This document shows, piece after piece, positions 1 to 12,000 of a DNA stretch of 64,000 nt. Origin of the DNA: Candidatus Aenigmatarchaeota archaeon (GTDB taxonomy: Archaea; Aenigmatarchaeota; Aenigmatarchaeia; QMZP01; JAFGSV01). The position numbers and the translations under genes were made by a program. Every line of letters begins with the position of its first letter. Position 1 is the first letter of the stretch. Under the pieces are notes generated by a model, which did no database searches, was not told the DNA's origin, and saw only the letters and a program-made list of their open reading frames with translations. The stretch spans positions 556-64,555 of the forward strand of contig JAFGSV010000028.1 in NCBI GenBank assembly GCA_016934325.1, in the 5' to 3' direction.

Positions 1-3000
1 GAGTAGTTGGTGGTGAAGTTGAACATATCGCCTGGGCTTGACTGCGGGACGATGAGGCTCTCCTCGCCTATGAGGTTCCAGACCGAGTAGGGGGGCTCAG
101 ACCAGTTCGCTTGCGTGACGACCAGCCCGCCCTCAAGGTCCCAGACGGAGACCGTGAAGTTGAAGGTCTCCCCCCAGCCTCCGACCGCCCAATCGTTGAT
201 GCTGTCCCAGCCTCCCCCGCTCGCCGTCACATTCGGGTTCTTCAGCTGGGGGTATGTGTTATACGGCTTTATATTCAGGTAAAGGTTCTCAGGCTCGATG
301 AACGTGGTGCCGTACTTCCACTCATATGCCAGCTTAGAGATCGTGACGTTGGAGTGTTCGCTGTACGTCGCATCCGTGTATGCGTACATGCCGATCTTCC
401 GCTGGTTCGAAGTGAAGCGCCATTCCTCATCGGAATCCATCGAGTAGTTGGACCATGACTTCCCGGATGAAGGACCAAGGTCATAATGCTGCCAGGTCCT
501 GTAATAATTATCGTAATCGTCCGTGATATTCACCGAACCTTCCCCGATTGTGGGATCGAAGCCAGTGAAGTTATAGTCAACAAGGAAGTCTATGCTGCTC
601 AGTCTCTCGTATGACTCGGAAGGGTGCTGGAAGTCGTGGCTGACCGGAGAACAGGAAGGACCGGTGCACGAGTAATACACGTTTTCATCATATCCCGTCG
701 AGTTGATCGTGTCTCTTTCCCCTCTCGCGACCAGGACGTACTGGCCGTCGCTGCAGTTGAGCGACAGGTTGAATTCTGTTTCAGCGCCCACTGCGAGAGC
801 GGGCAGCTGCCACATCACCACTTCCCCCGCCTCGGTTCCGTCTGTCCATGTGACGTTGCAGGCATTCGGTATTGACAGGCTTACGTTCCAGTCGTTGGCC
901 GAGGCGGCGGCATCGCCGATATTCTTGGCTGTCAGAGTAACATTGAAAACATAGTGAGGGTTAGCCGATCTGGTGCCCCATCCGTTCACGACATCGAGAT
1001 CGAATGCCAGATGGGGCTCTCCGGTGAACTGCATCGTATCCACTTCGTGATCGCTCAGCTCCAGCCTCTGCCTCGCGCCGAACGTTAGGTTCCAGCGCAA
1101 GGTCCCCGTCTGTTCCGTCTGCAGGTTGCTAAGCACCTTGTAGCTGGCTATCCAGTAGAAGCCGGGATAAAGCTTCTCCGTTCCGTAGTCCCATGTCACC
1201 TTTCCCTTCGGAATGTCTGCGGAACCGGGGAAGTTCGGGCCGTAAGCGATCCAGCCAGAAGAGACCTTTTCCACGAGCTTTATGCTGTCTGCATAAGCGC
1301 AGCCCTTGTTGTAGATTATGAGCCTTGATATCAACTCCGTCGAATTTGCGACGAGCGTCGGCGTCTCCCTCACGACATCGAGGACCGGTATGCTTTCCCC
1401 TTCCTCTATCGTGTAGCCCGATTGCCTCGATTTGGTCAGGCCGTCGGGGTACGTGTAGTTTGCGCTAGCATTTATCTGCACCGTTTCGCCCGCCGAGCTG
1501 CTAGACGTCACGTTGAAAGTGGCCGTGTACGTCCTTGCTTCGGTTGCGTCAATCACTATGAAGGACGGGGCATAGCTCCATCCGGCCGGCATCTCAAGGG
1601 TCACGTTGTACTGGATGCTCTCGTTGAACGGGCTGGCCACGCTGACGTTGAATTCCTCAGTAGTCTGGTTGCACATGTATCCGATGCCTGTGATGCTCAC
1701 GCTGGAATTCCTGTACACGAACCGTTCGCTGCGGTTCGCCTCTGTCCCTCCGTTCACGAACGCGTGCAGCGAGTAGTGCCCCTCCGGCCAGCCTGCGGTA
1801 TCGATGTTCGTGAAGTTCTCAATATGAGTTGAATTCTCGTCGATTGATACGTCCTCTTTCGTGGTCGAGTCGACGACATCGCCGGAGCTGTTCGTGATGT
1901 TAAGGGTTATGTTGACCATGTAGCTGTCGTTCATACTGTTTGCTATCCTGAAAGTGACATTGAAAAGACCGTCCCCGACCTCCATCCCACCGGTTTCCTG
2001 GCCGTTTATCTCCGGCATGATGTCAAGCACGACCAGGTCGAGCTGGTAGTAAGGCTCAAGGCTCAGGGCATTGACTGATATGTTGCTGGAACCGATGTTT
2101 CTTATCCTGACGGTGCAGTAGCCGGATTCGTTTGCGCTTATCTGCTCAGCCAATATGGGAATGAACCTGTTCTCACCGGTGCCTGACGTGTTCAGCCAGC
2201 GGCTGTGCAAGATATCAAGCCAGGCGGTGCCGTTATAGGAGAATACCCTAGCGTATGTCTCGTTCCCGTTCCAGTCCACCGTCAGGTTCGCCACCCTGTA
2301 AATGCCCGCATCGCATCCGAAGCTGAATGTCTTCTCCCCACCGCCCTGGATCGTCGATGGCACGGCCTCCAAGAGGCCCGGAGCCGCATGCTTGTAGTTT
2401 GTCAGCACGATGTAATCGGTGTCATTGTTCCCGACGGAGTTGTTGGCGAAGATCGGGATGTTGAACGTCCCTGGGGTCGTGGCGTTCACTTCCCACTGCA
2501 CGTATTTGGTGCCGCCAAGGTCGATATTGCCCAGGTACTTCGTTTTCCCGTCGGTCTGCCATTCATCCGAAACGTTCAGAGTCACGTAGACGCCGCTGGA
2601 CTGCGCCACCAGGCTTGAAAGGGTCGCGTTGATGGTGAAGTTCATGTGCTGGAAGGTCTCCGAGGGGTGAAGGGTCTGGGTTATCGTCGGGCTCGGATTG
2701 CAGCCGGCCAGGTCCAAGGTGATGGTGAAGTTCTCGCTCCTGTTGCCAAGATAGGCGGAATCCCCAGCGACCCATGCAAACCATTTCTGTTCTCCGGGGT
2801 TGTAGTTGCAATCCGGGATGAACGTGACATTGGCGTAACCATACTCATCGGTTGTGGTGGAATTGGCGATCTTATTATAGGCACCGTCATAGCTCAGGTT
2901 GAAGTTGACCGTTATGCTTGGGCTCAGGTTGTACCTGTCCGCTATGATGTCCCTGACCCTGACGGAAAGGTTCGTCGCCTGGGTCAGGCTGGCAGAGCTT

Positions 3001-6000
3001 TCATTCCCATCCGCATACTCGATGGAGACGTTGTCCCTTATCAATGTGAAACTGTCGAAGCCGGAAGTTGCCTCGGTCGCAAGCTCGAACTTGTAGAACC
3101 ATGTCCCGACGTCCTGATAAGTGAAGTTATTATACCAGTAGAGCGTTGAGTCTATGCAGTCGGGGTAAAAGCAGGATATGTCCGTCTGGTTTACACAGGT
3201 CGAGCATGGCGTATAGCCGGTCGGCGAAGTCTTAGCCAGGGAGAGCTGGACATCATAAGGGTCCGTGTCGCCGCTCGAGGCTATGACGGAGAAATTCCAG
3301 TTCCTGTACCCCCAGCCCTGATAGGTCGGGACTATGTTCGGGCTTTGCACCTTGTATACCGGGAAAAGGTAGAACAGGCCGGGGGACACCAGCTTGTAGG
3401 TTATGTTCGGATAGTAACCGCTTGATTGAGCGAACATTGTCGTGTTGTAATAGCCCTTCTGCACCGTTATGTTCGTCGCCCAGTCGCAGGTGTAGGCATT
3501 CGCACCTGTCTTATTCACCTGGGCGCACGGGTATGCCCCCGCCGAGTGGTTGGCGTAGAATATCACGTCGCTGGTGGATACGGTCAGGGGGTCGCTACAG
3601 TCGTCCCAAGTCGCCCCGAGGAACGGCACCTTCTGCTCTTGGGTGTAATTCGTATCGCCGTCGGGCTTGCTGAACTCCAGCTGTATGTCCCCCGTTATGT
3701 TGACGATGAGGTAGTAGGAGTCTGCCGTCGAGTTGTCCTTGTAGCACGCATCGTCCTCGATGACCGCCTTCCATTCCCTGTATCCGACGCCGTACTTCGG
3801 GCTGCATCCGGCCAGGAAGTCATACATGGCTATGCCCGAACCGTTCGTTGAGTTCACTGCCCCCGAATCCCAAGTGGATATGTCCCTCATGACGTAGAAA
3901 GTGACGTTGAGGCCCAGGATCTGGGAACCGTTCAGGTCGGTCGCATTGACGAGGAATGTCGTCTGGTTCTTGCCCCTTCTGCTCTCAGTCTTGTTACCGT
4001 CAAGATACCTGAGAAGAACCGTGTCCCTCTCGACCGTGAAGGTTTGTACTGTGGTGTAATTGACGTTCCCGTGGTAATCATCCCCCTTTATCTTGAAGTA
4101 TTTCGTCCCCTTGTCGCCGCACTCCGGATCCCAGGAGAAGTTGATGGTCTTCCACTCCCCGGTCACGTTCACCAAATGGCTTTCTATGACCTCGTCAAAG
4201 CTTCCGGTTGGGCTTGAATCTATCCGAAGTGAGAAATTTATGTAATACTGGGAGTTTGTCTTGGAGGTGACGTTGAAGCTGAAGTTGGATCCCCACTCCC
4301 CCGTAATGGGGTCGACGGTTGAATTCTCAAGATAGATGTACTTGCCTGGCTGGACAGATACGTTGTAAACTCCGCTCTCGTTGTAGTTGTAGCATGTCTC
4401 GGACATGTCGACATACCCTATCCAGTTCTGCTTGCCCTCCTGGAAGTCGCCGTCGGGGGTGAAGTAGTAAGTCACATGACCCGTGGAGTTCGAGGTCCCC
4501 GTACCTACATTCTTATAGTCTCCCGACCCCACCCCCGTCTTGGTCACGTTGAATGCCAGGGTCATCGTATCCAGCAGGCTGAATGTACCCATGTCCGTGT
4601 CGTTAATCCTCAGGATGAACCTGCCTGGCGAGCTCGGGCTTGCTGAAGTCTCGTTCCCGAAAATGTAGTGTATGGTCACGTTGTGCTTCTCGATGAAGAA
4701 GGTATCGTCGTTGCTCCAGTAGTCCCCGGGGTTCAGGATATCGGTATACACCACGTTGCTCTCGTTGTCGAGCGCCTCGAACCTGAACTTCATATACTTA
4801 TCCGCATACCCTGTACATGAGTAGTTGACGTTGTCCCAGTAGAGCATCGTGTAGTTGTCGCTATTGTTGCTGCAGCTGGTGCAGTTCTTGTAGCCTATCA
4901 GCTCCCAGGAGCCGCCGAGCACCTGGGTCTTCAGCGTTATGTTCACGGTGTCCCCCATGTTGTCCTTCACCTTGAGGGTAAAGTTGTAGTTCTTTCCCCA
5001 TGGCTGGGACCGGGGTGTCACGTTCGCGTCGTAAAGCTTCGGCTCCGTGAAGAGGAAGAACGTGTCGTTGGGCGGGAAGATGGTCGTGTCGTTCGACCAG
5101 TAATTGGCCGCCTCGGCGTGCATCGAGACGTTGTACCAGCCCTGGACGGATTCCTGGGTTGGCTTCCAGTTGCAGTAGTAGACGTTCGCTCCGCTCCTGC
5201 TTATGCCGGTGCATGAGACCTTGTAATTGCCCGATGTCAGGTTGTACCATACGTTGCTGACGCTCGTCGTTATGGGCTCCCCGCAGTAGTTGTTCACGTA
5301 GCCCTGCAGCAGGATAGTGTCCTCGCTGGTGTAGTTCTTGGTCCCGTCGGGGAACACGATGAAATTCTCCAGGGCGCCGGTGACGTCGAAATCGTAGTAT
5401 TCCGACTGCGAATCCTGGCACAAGTAGTCGTCATCCTCCGTCGTTATCTCGATGTACCAGTTGTGCGCCCCTACCTCGTATTCCTCGTCGACGCTTGTGG
5501 TGTTGGGATCGTTGCAGGTTGCAGTGAAGTTGTACGATACCGTGCCGTTCCCGTCAGTAGTCAGGACGTGCCCGGAATCCCACGTCGCCCCAGAGCCGGT
5601 CCCAACTTTAGATACATAGAGCGTCAGGGTCTGCCCTACGGCGGGAGCGAAATCGTCGGAATTAAGAGTCACCCACATCCCGCTGTAGATTATCGTGTCG
5701 TTGTTGGGAGGAGGGCCTCCCCCGGAATCGAAGTACACGCCCCTCACGCTCAGGCTTCTGTTCGCCGAGTATTTCCATGCATCCAGTATGACGGAGTCCG
5801 TCAGGTTGAGTTCGAAGTCCGTCGTGGTCACGTTCTCCGCATCGGAGCCCATGGTGTCGTTTATATGGTAATAGAAGCCGGTGACGTAATCCGTCCCGTT
5901 CCATACCCTAACCTCCAGGTCAGGTCGCTTGTTGCTCGCCGCGTAAGAGCCTGTGGGGTTGTAATAGCTGATCCTGGCCTGGACCAGCATCTGCGTCACG

Positions 6001-9000
6001 TTGCCATCGAAATCGGAGCCCCCAACCGTGTAGTTGACCCAGATGGAAGGCCCGTCGTTGTCCAGGTCGGGCCCGTAATACAAGGTTGCCCAGACCCCTG
6101 TCCAGTTTATGATGTCGTCCACGCCGCTGACCGTGTCGCCGTAAACGAGCCTTATGCTCATGTTCCTGTTGGACGCCGCCTGCCACGCATCCAGGACCGA
6201 CTGGTCCGTCACGGAAATGGTGAAATTGGTGTCGGTCGTGTTGTCTGCGTCGGATCCCATCACGTTCTCTACGCCATACAGATACCCCGCGACATATCCT
6301 GAGCCGTTCCACAGCCGTATCTCGAGGTCCGGTCTGGTGTTGCCTGCGTCCCTGGACCCGTTGGGCAGGTAGTAGCTGACCTGCGTCTTGATCCTGATTT
6401 CAGACACGTTGGGGAAATCGTAGCTGTCGGTGAAATTGTAATCCACCCAGCTGGTGTTGGCCTCCGTGGTCCATACCCTGAATGTGCTGTTCTGGTCCGC
6501 GAAGGCGCACTTGTTCTGGTCGTTGCACACGTAGCAGTTCCATTCGTAATCGCCGTCCGAAGGGAAAACCCTCGCGAAGGTGAACTCGCCATTGATTCCC
6601 GAGATGTTCGTGCCGTTGGTGCCCCATCCCGGGACCGCCCCGGTCCAGTTCCCGTAAAGCGTGGCGTTGACGACGCTGAATATCTCGTCGGTCCCGCTGC
6701 AAGTCAGGGTCACGAGCTGCGAATAGACGGACTCGCCGTCGCCGGGCTCATCGAGGGAAACGATAGGAGGTCCCAGCACCGAGACCTTCTTGGAGTTCGA
6801 ATCCAAGGTGGAAGTCGAGTTGTAGATCTGGCAACTGACGTAGTAAATGCCGGACGTGCCGAAGCTGACCGTGCGGTCATACCTCACGCCGTTGCCCACG
6901 TCTGTTTCCATGTTGTAGGGGGTAACGTTATTGGGTCCTGATTCGGGTATGTCGATGAAAGAGGACTCTCCGGTGTAATTGTACCGGAAGGTAAGGTTGA
7001 CTCCCGTGGGGGCGCCGACCAGCGGCGTGCAGTTCATGTCGAAGCTCTCCCCCTTGTTTATCTGGATGTCCGTCGTGGGGGCGTCCAGGGTCAGGCCGTC
7101 GAGGGTGGGCTTCAGCACCGGTAGGAAGTATGCCCATATCCAGATGTCGCCGTAGGATGTGGATTCCACCTTGTACTCGTAGCCGCCGGTCCCGGTGAGC
7201 CCGGTCGCCAGTCCTACGTGGGTGCCGCCGCCGATGTCATAATAGTTAACCGAAGGGTTCCATCCGGTGCTGGAATTCATCCTGAGCGTGACCCCGTAAT
7301 CGCTGGCGCTGTCCGCTTCGGCGATGAACCCGACGGCCTCGTCGGGGATCCCCAGGTCCCCCGCATCGTAGGCGGTCCACGTGTCCCCGGAGCCCGGCCT
7401 AGAAGGATGGAAAGAGTTCAGCGTGTAATTGAGGTAGAACTCCCCGGTTGGATTCGCGGGCGTGTAGCCGACCAGGTAGAACCTGACGTCCGTGCTGTCC
7501 CTCTGTATCTGGAAAGACCTGCTGGAATCGAGCATCACCGCCCAGTAGGCGTGCGCGTCGTCCTCCAGTTCCCTGATGCTCCTGTCGTCGCCGCTTCCTA
7601 CCGGCCTGATCATGTAGTCCTCGTCGTTGGACGTATCAACGTTCTGGACGTTTATTATGACCCCCGTCGCCCCCGCTGGCACGTAGGAGCTGACGTCGAT
7701 GACCACCCAGCCCGTGCTGGATCCCGGGCTGACGTCGACGTAGTCGGTGAAGAAAACCTCGGAATCGAAATAGCCTATAAGGTAGTAGTCCCAGTTGGAG
7801 TTTCCCTGGTATATGTCGATCTCCTTGTCATCGTCGACTCCCGTGATGAGGATCATGTTGCAGTCGTCTTCGAGGTGGGAGTACGTCGACAGGTCCTGTG
7901 TGCTGTCCCCCTTCCTGATCTGTGCCCCGGCCCCGGCCCCGCCCCCGTCGTCAGAGACCATGACCATGACCCCTGTGGCTGTTAAAGGTATGTAGGAGCT
8001 AAGGTCGACATCCTCCGTCCAGCCGGTGCCACCCGGGGTTATGTCCTGGTATGGAGCGAGGAAATTGCTCACCTGGTTGTGGGCGTATTCGACGTCGTCC
8101 CCGAAACGGAACTCCAGGGTGTGCTTTCCCGAGGTCAGGACCCTGCTGACCTCATTTCCAGTCCCCTCGCAGATGTAATCCCTGACGAAAACGGAGCCGT
8201 CTACCCATTCGTAGTCCTTGATCACGTCCCCGCATCTCAGTTCCAGGAAATCTATGTCGTTGCCGAAACCGGTCCCGTCCACAGCACTGATCGTCAGGTC
8301 CGACGTGCCTGTGGTGTTGAAACTGACCGTCCAGTTCCCGTGGAGGGGCGGGTACGACTGCACGTTCATGACCGTCAGGTCCGCCCCAGGCCCGTGTTCT
8401 TCCTCGTATACCGCATCCAGAAGCGAAAAAGACGGCTCGGGCAGGAGCGCTGAGAGGAAATCGTTCCGGATCGCCAAGGGATTCTCCGGACCGGCCTCTT
8501 CTACACGGTCCCCGTTCTGGCCGCCGCCGAGGCCGAGCATTTCCAGGAATATTGGGCAGTCGCCGACCTTTGCCTGCTGCTCACCTGGTTCCTGATCCCG
8601 GCTGGTCCACGACGCCTTCGGAGCCTTAATCTCGAAGCCGTTGGGCTCGAGGTTGTCCGACTCAACTGTCATGCCTGAATACACAATGGCGGAAAGGGTC
8701 AGCTCGGGGGCGTCCGCGCTCCTGTTCGTCTGCTCCCCGTCGCCGGCCAAGACCCCGTAGGTGTACGCGTAGCTGGGGTCGCAGACGGATGTCAGCGTTA
8801 TCTCCCTCGTGCTTTCCCTGTCCATGGCTATGCTCTCGGTGTGAGTGGCGTAGCCAAACTTGGAGACCGAGAGCGTGAAGGTGTCCGTTCCCTGGGAGAA
8901 CTGGCGGCTTCCCGAGCTGTCGTATTCGGCGTACACCACCTCCACGTGCACGGTCCCGTCAGAAGCGGTGTAGACCGGGAAACCGTAGGCCAGTTGGTCA

Positions 9001-12000
9001 TCCTTGTCCAGCATCGTGAGGGTCGCGTTATCTATGGGGTCGCCCTTGCTGTCCTTCACCAGCACGTCGAGCGTGTACTTCCTGAAGAGCGTCCCGCCCC
9101 CGCCGACATCCCTGTAGTTCCACGTGTCTGACTGGATGTTGACGGTCGAGCCGTTCAGCGAACCCGCCGAGAAGCCGTAGCCATCCTCTATGTTCAGCGT
9201 CTTGCTGACGTCCGAGGCTATCCTGCCATGGACCGTGGAGTTGCCCAGAATCACGTCGACGTAGGAAGTATAGATGGAGCCCGTGTCCGTGGTGAAGGTG
9301 TCGTTCAGGTTCGCCTGTACGTAATCGTATATGTTGCTTAGCGTCCTGTTCGAGGTCACCCTGATGCTGCCGCCGTACGAGTACACCGACCTAACGGTCT
9401 CGCCGTTGTAATCCGAAGTGAAGTTCACGACGCCCGTGGTCCAGTTCACGGTGTAGTTCGCAGAGGATATGGGAGGGTACTGGTAGTATATGTCCCCCGA
9501 TCCGCTGCCGTCTGTCTGCAGCTCGTCCTGCAGCATGGCCGTGTACTCACTCTGGCACACCGGATAGCCGTTAAGATTGATTGTGCCGGAGCTGACGTCT
9601 TCTTCCTCCCCATCGCTGAAGGTAACCTTCGTGGGCGGCGTGTAAATTATCCCGGTCTGGCTCTTGGCAGCGGCCTGGCTCGTGATGTTTATATATGGGT
9701 TCACCAGCAGTACCTTGTCAACGTCCTTCGGTATCGACATGTCGGCCACGTCCTGCAAGAACCTGTAGCCGTATTTCTTGTAGTAGAAGGTGTGCGTCGT
9801 GTAAGTGTCATGGTTCTCGTCCTGATCAGTGACCGGGACGCTTGATGTCCCGACGTTTGCCCTCGTTATGAATCGCAGGTAATCAACCAACTGCTCGAGT
9901 ATCTTTCCGTTCGAATTCGTGACGTTGTTGAAGGCCGGGTCGCCCCTGACGTCTATGGCTGTTACGTTGACACTGGTGATGGGGTTGTTGCCCGTGTCCT
10001 TCACGTTCGCGGTGAACGAATTCTTAAGGAGAACATACCTGTTGGTATAGCCACCTGCGCCGCACTGGTCCCACATGTGGTCCGGCGGGTCGGTGCTTAT
10101 GTTGGAATCCTCCGCTATGAGGGTCGGCCCTCCCATCTTCACATCGACGCAGTTCTCAAAGCCGTAGTATCCGCTGACCTTTGCATCGGCCTGGCACATC
10201 CTTATTCCCGACTGCGCATGATGTATCTGTATGTTCTGGACGGATTTCGAGGGGAAGGCCGTCAGCTCCATGCCGTACCTGAGATAGGAGGCGGCGTAGT
10301 CGTCAATGTCCGAGTCCTCCGGGACATACATTATCGGGCAGTTCGCGGTGCAAGTGGTCGGGGGCCCGCAGGCGTTGGGTCCCTCGAACGTGAACCTCCT
10401 TATGACGAGCCTCTGTGTGCCCTGCCCCGCACCGCCATTGTGATTTGCTGAATTTGAGGCGGGGTCTATGTTCTGCTTGTTTCCCGCTGCCCTTATACTG
10501 CGGAATGTGGTGTCATATAACAGAATCTGTCCGCCCGGAACCGCGGTGGTGGCGGGATAATCCATCGCGCATATGGCGGCACTGTCACAGGTCAGGCTTG
10601 AGACACTGCCCTCCACCAAGCACCCTTCCTGCGGCATCCCCTCGAGCAGCTCCCCGAACTGCAGAATCCCCCTTTCGTGGACCAGCCAGTAATAATCCGC
10701 CCTGATATGCTTGTTCGTGCACGTCAGATTTGAACTGACGGGGCTGCCATCGCTTGAAATTATCACGCGTGCATGGAAGTAATAATAATTGCCGCTCACG
10801 GTCAGGTAAGTGGCACTGCAGCCGTTAGATCCTCCTTGAACCGCGGTATATATATTTTCACACGTATAATCTCCGCCCACTACAGATATTATGCCGCCGA
10901 CGCCTCCCGAACAGGAGATGCCTGAACCTACCTGCTTATTCAGATGTATGACATTCGGCTCCGTGTCGTAACCATCATTATAATACACGCTCGAATTGAC
11001 GGGCTCCGAGTACATCTCCACTGTGTAATCGGCGCTCTCGTTGTTTACAGCGGGGGGCGCAATGTCCCAGTTGCAGTAGAAGGTCATGTTGGGGTACATG
11101 CTGGCATACTGGCTTCCCGTCGAGGGGCACCTGTACCTGTCTCCTGTTCTGTTATCGGTCATGTTGAACCAGACCCTGACGCTCGCGTTGCTGAGCAGGA
11201 CGCCGCAGTCGTCCGTCACGTTGCCCCTTATTGTGACGTAAGCTCCCGGTACAAGGTCGTATCCGCTTCCATGGTCTTGATCATAGAAATCGTTGCTGAG
11301 GTCGCCGTAGACCTTCACGTTGTAATCCGATGACATGCTGTTCTTGTAGTAGGAATCGTCTGGGGAGACGCCCATATTCCATGTATGATTGCCTACGCTG
11401 TAACCGCAGTCTGGATTAAGCTCCACATAATACTCAGGCACCGAGTAATTGGCTCGGGCCAAGAAGATGTCATGAGACTGTATGGTTATGTTTTCCGTTA
11501 CGTTGAAAATGACGATGGAGTCGTTCGTGAAGACGTTCCTGTCGGTGTCGTTCACCTTCATGCTGAGATATCTCATCTGGTTGCCCGACCTGTTCACTGC
11601 CGTGTTGTCCCCGCTGGCGTATTCCATCAGCGTATCGTCTTTCTCCACGACGAAATAGAATATGCCGCTTTCGTTCACTGCGCCGGTGGTGTTGGTCGCA
11701 TTGAACTTTCCCTGCCATTCGCTTATGTCATATTTGGTGAATGTCATGTAAAGGGTCTTGTTCTCCCCTCCAGGAAGCGGTACGTCATAGTCATAGTCGG
11801 CCAGTATCCAGTTACCGGTCAGGCCTTTCTTCAGCCAGAGCGTCAGGTTGACGTTGTCATTGTCGTCTTCGGAGACCTCGACAGTGAAGTTGAACTCCGT
11901 GCCCCATCCTTCCCGGTAGACCTCAGGTGGGTAGAGGCCGCCCGCCATCCAGCCGCTGAGATGCGGGGCGGCGTAGACAAGGTATGAGAAAAACGCCAGG

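Noticed and set aside
111-11987. Dozens of short ORFs in the ORF track
   Set aside because: Antisense or off-frame shadows of the giant minus-strand gene
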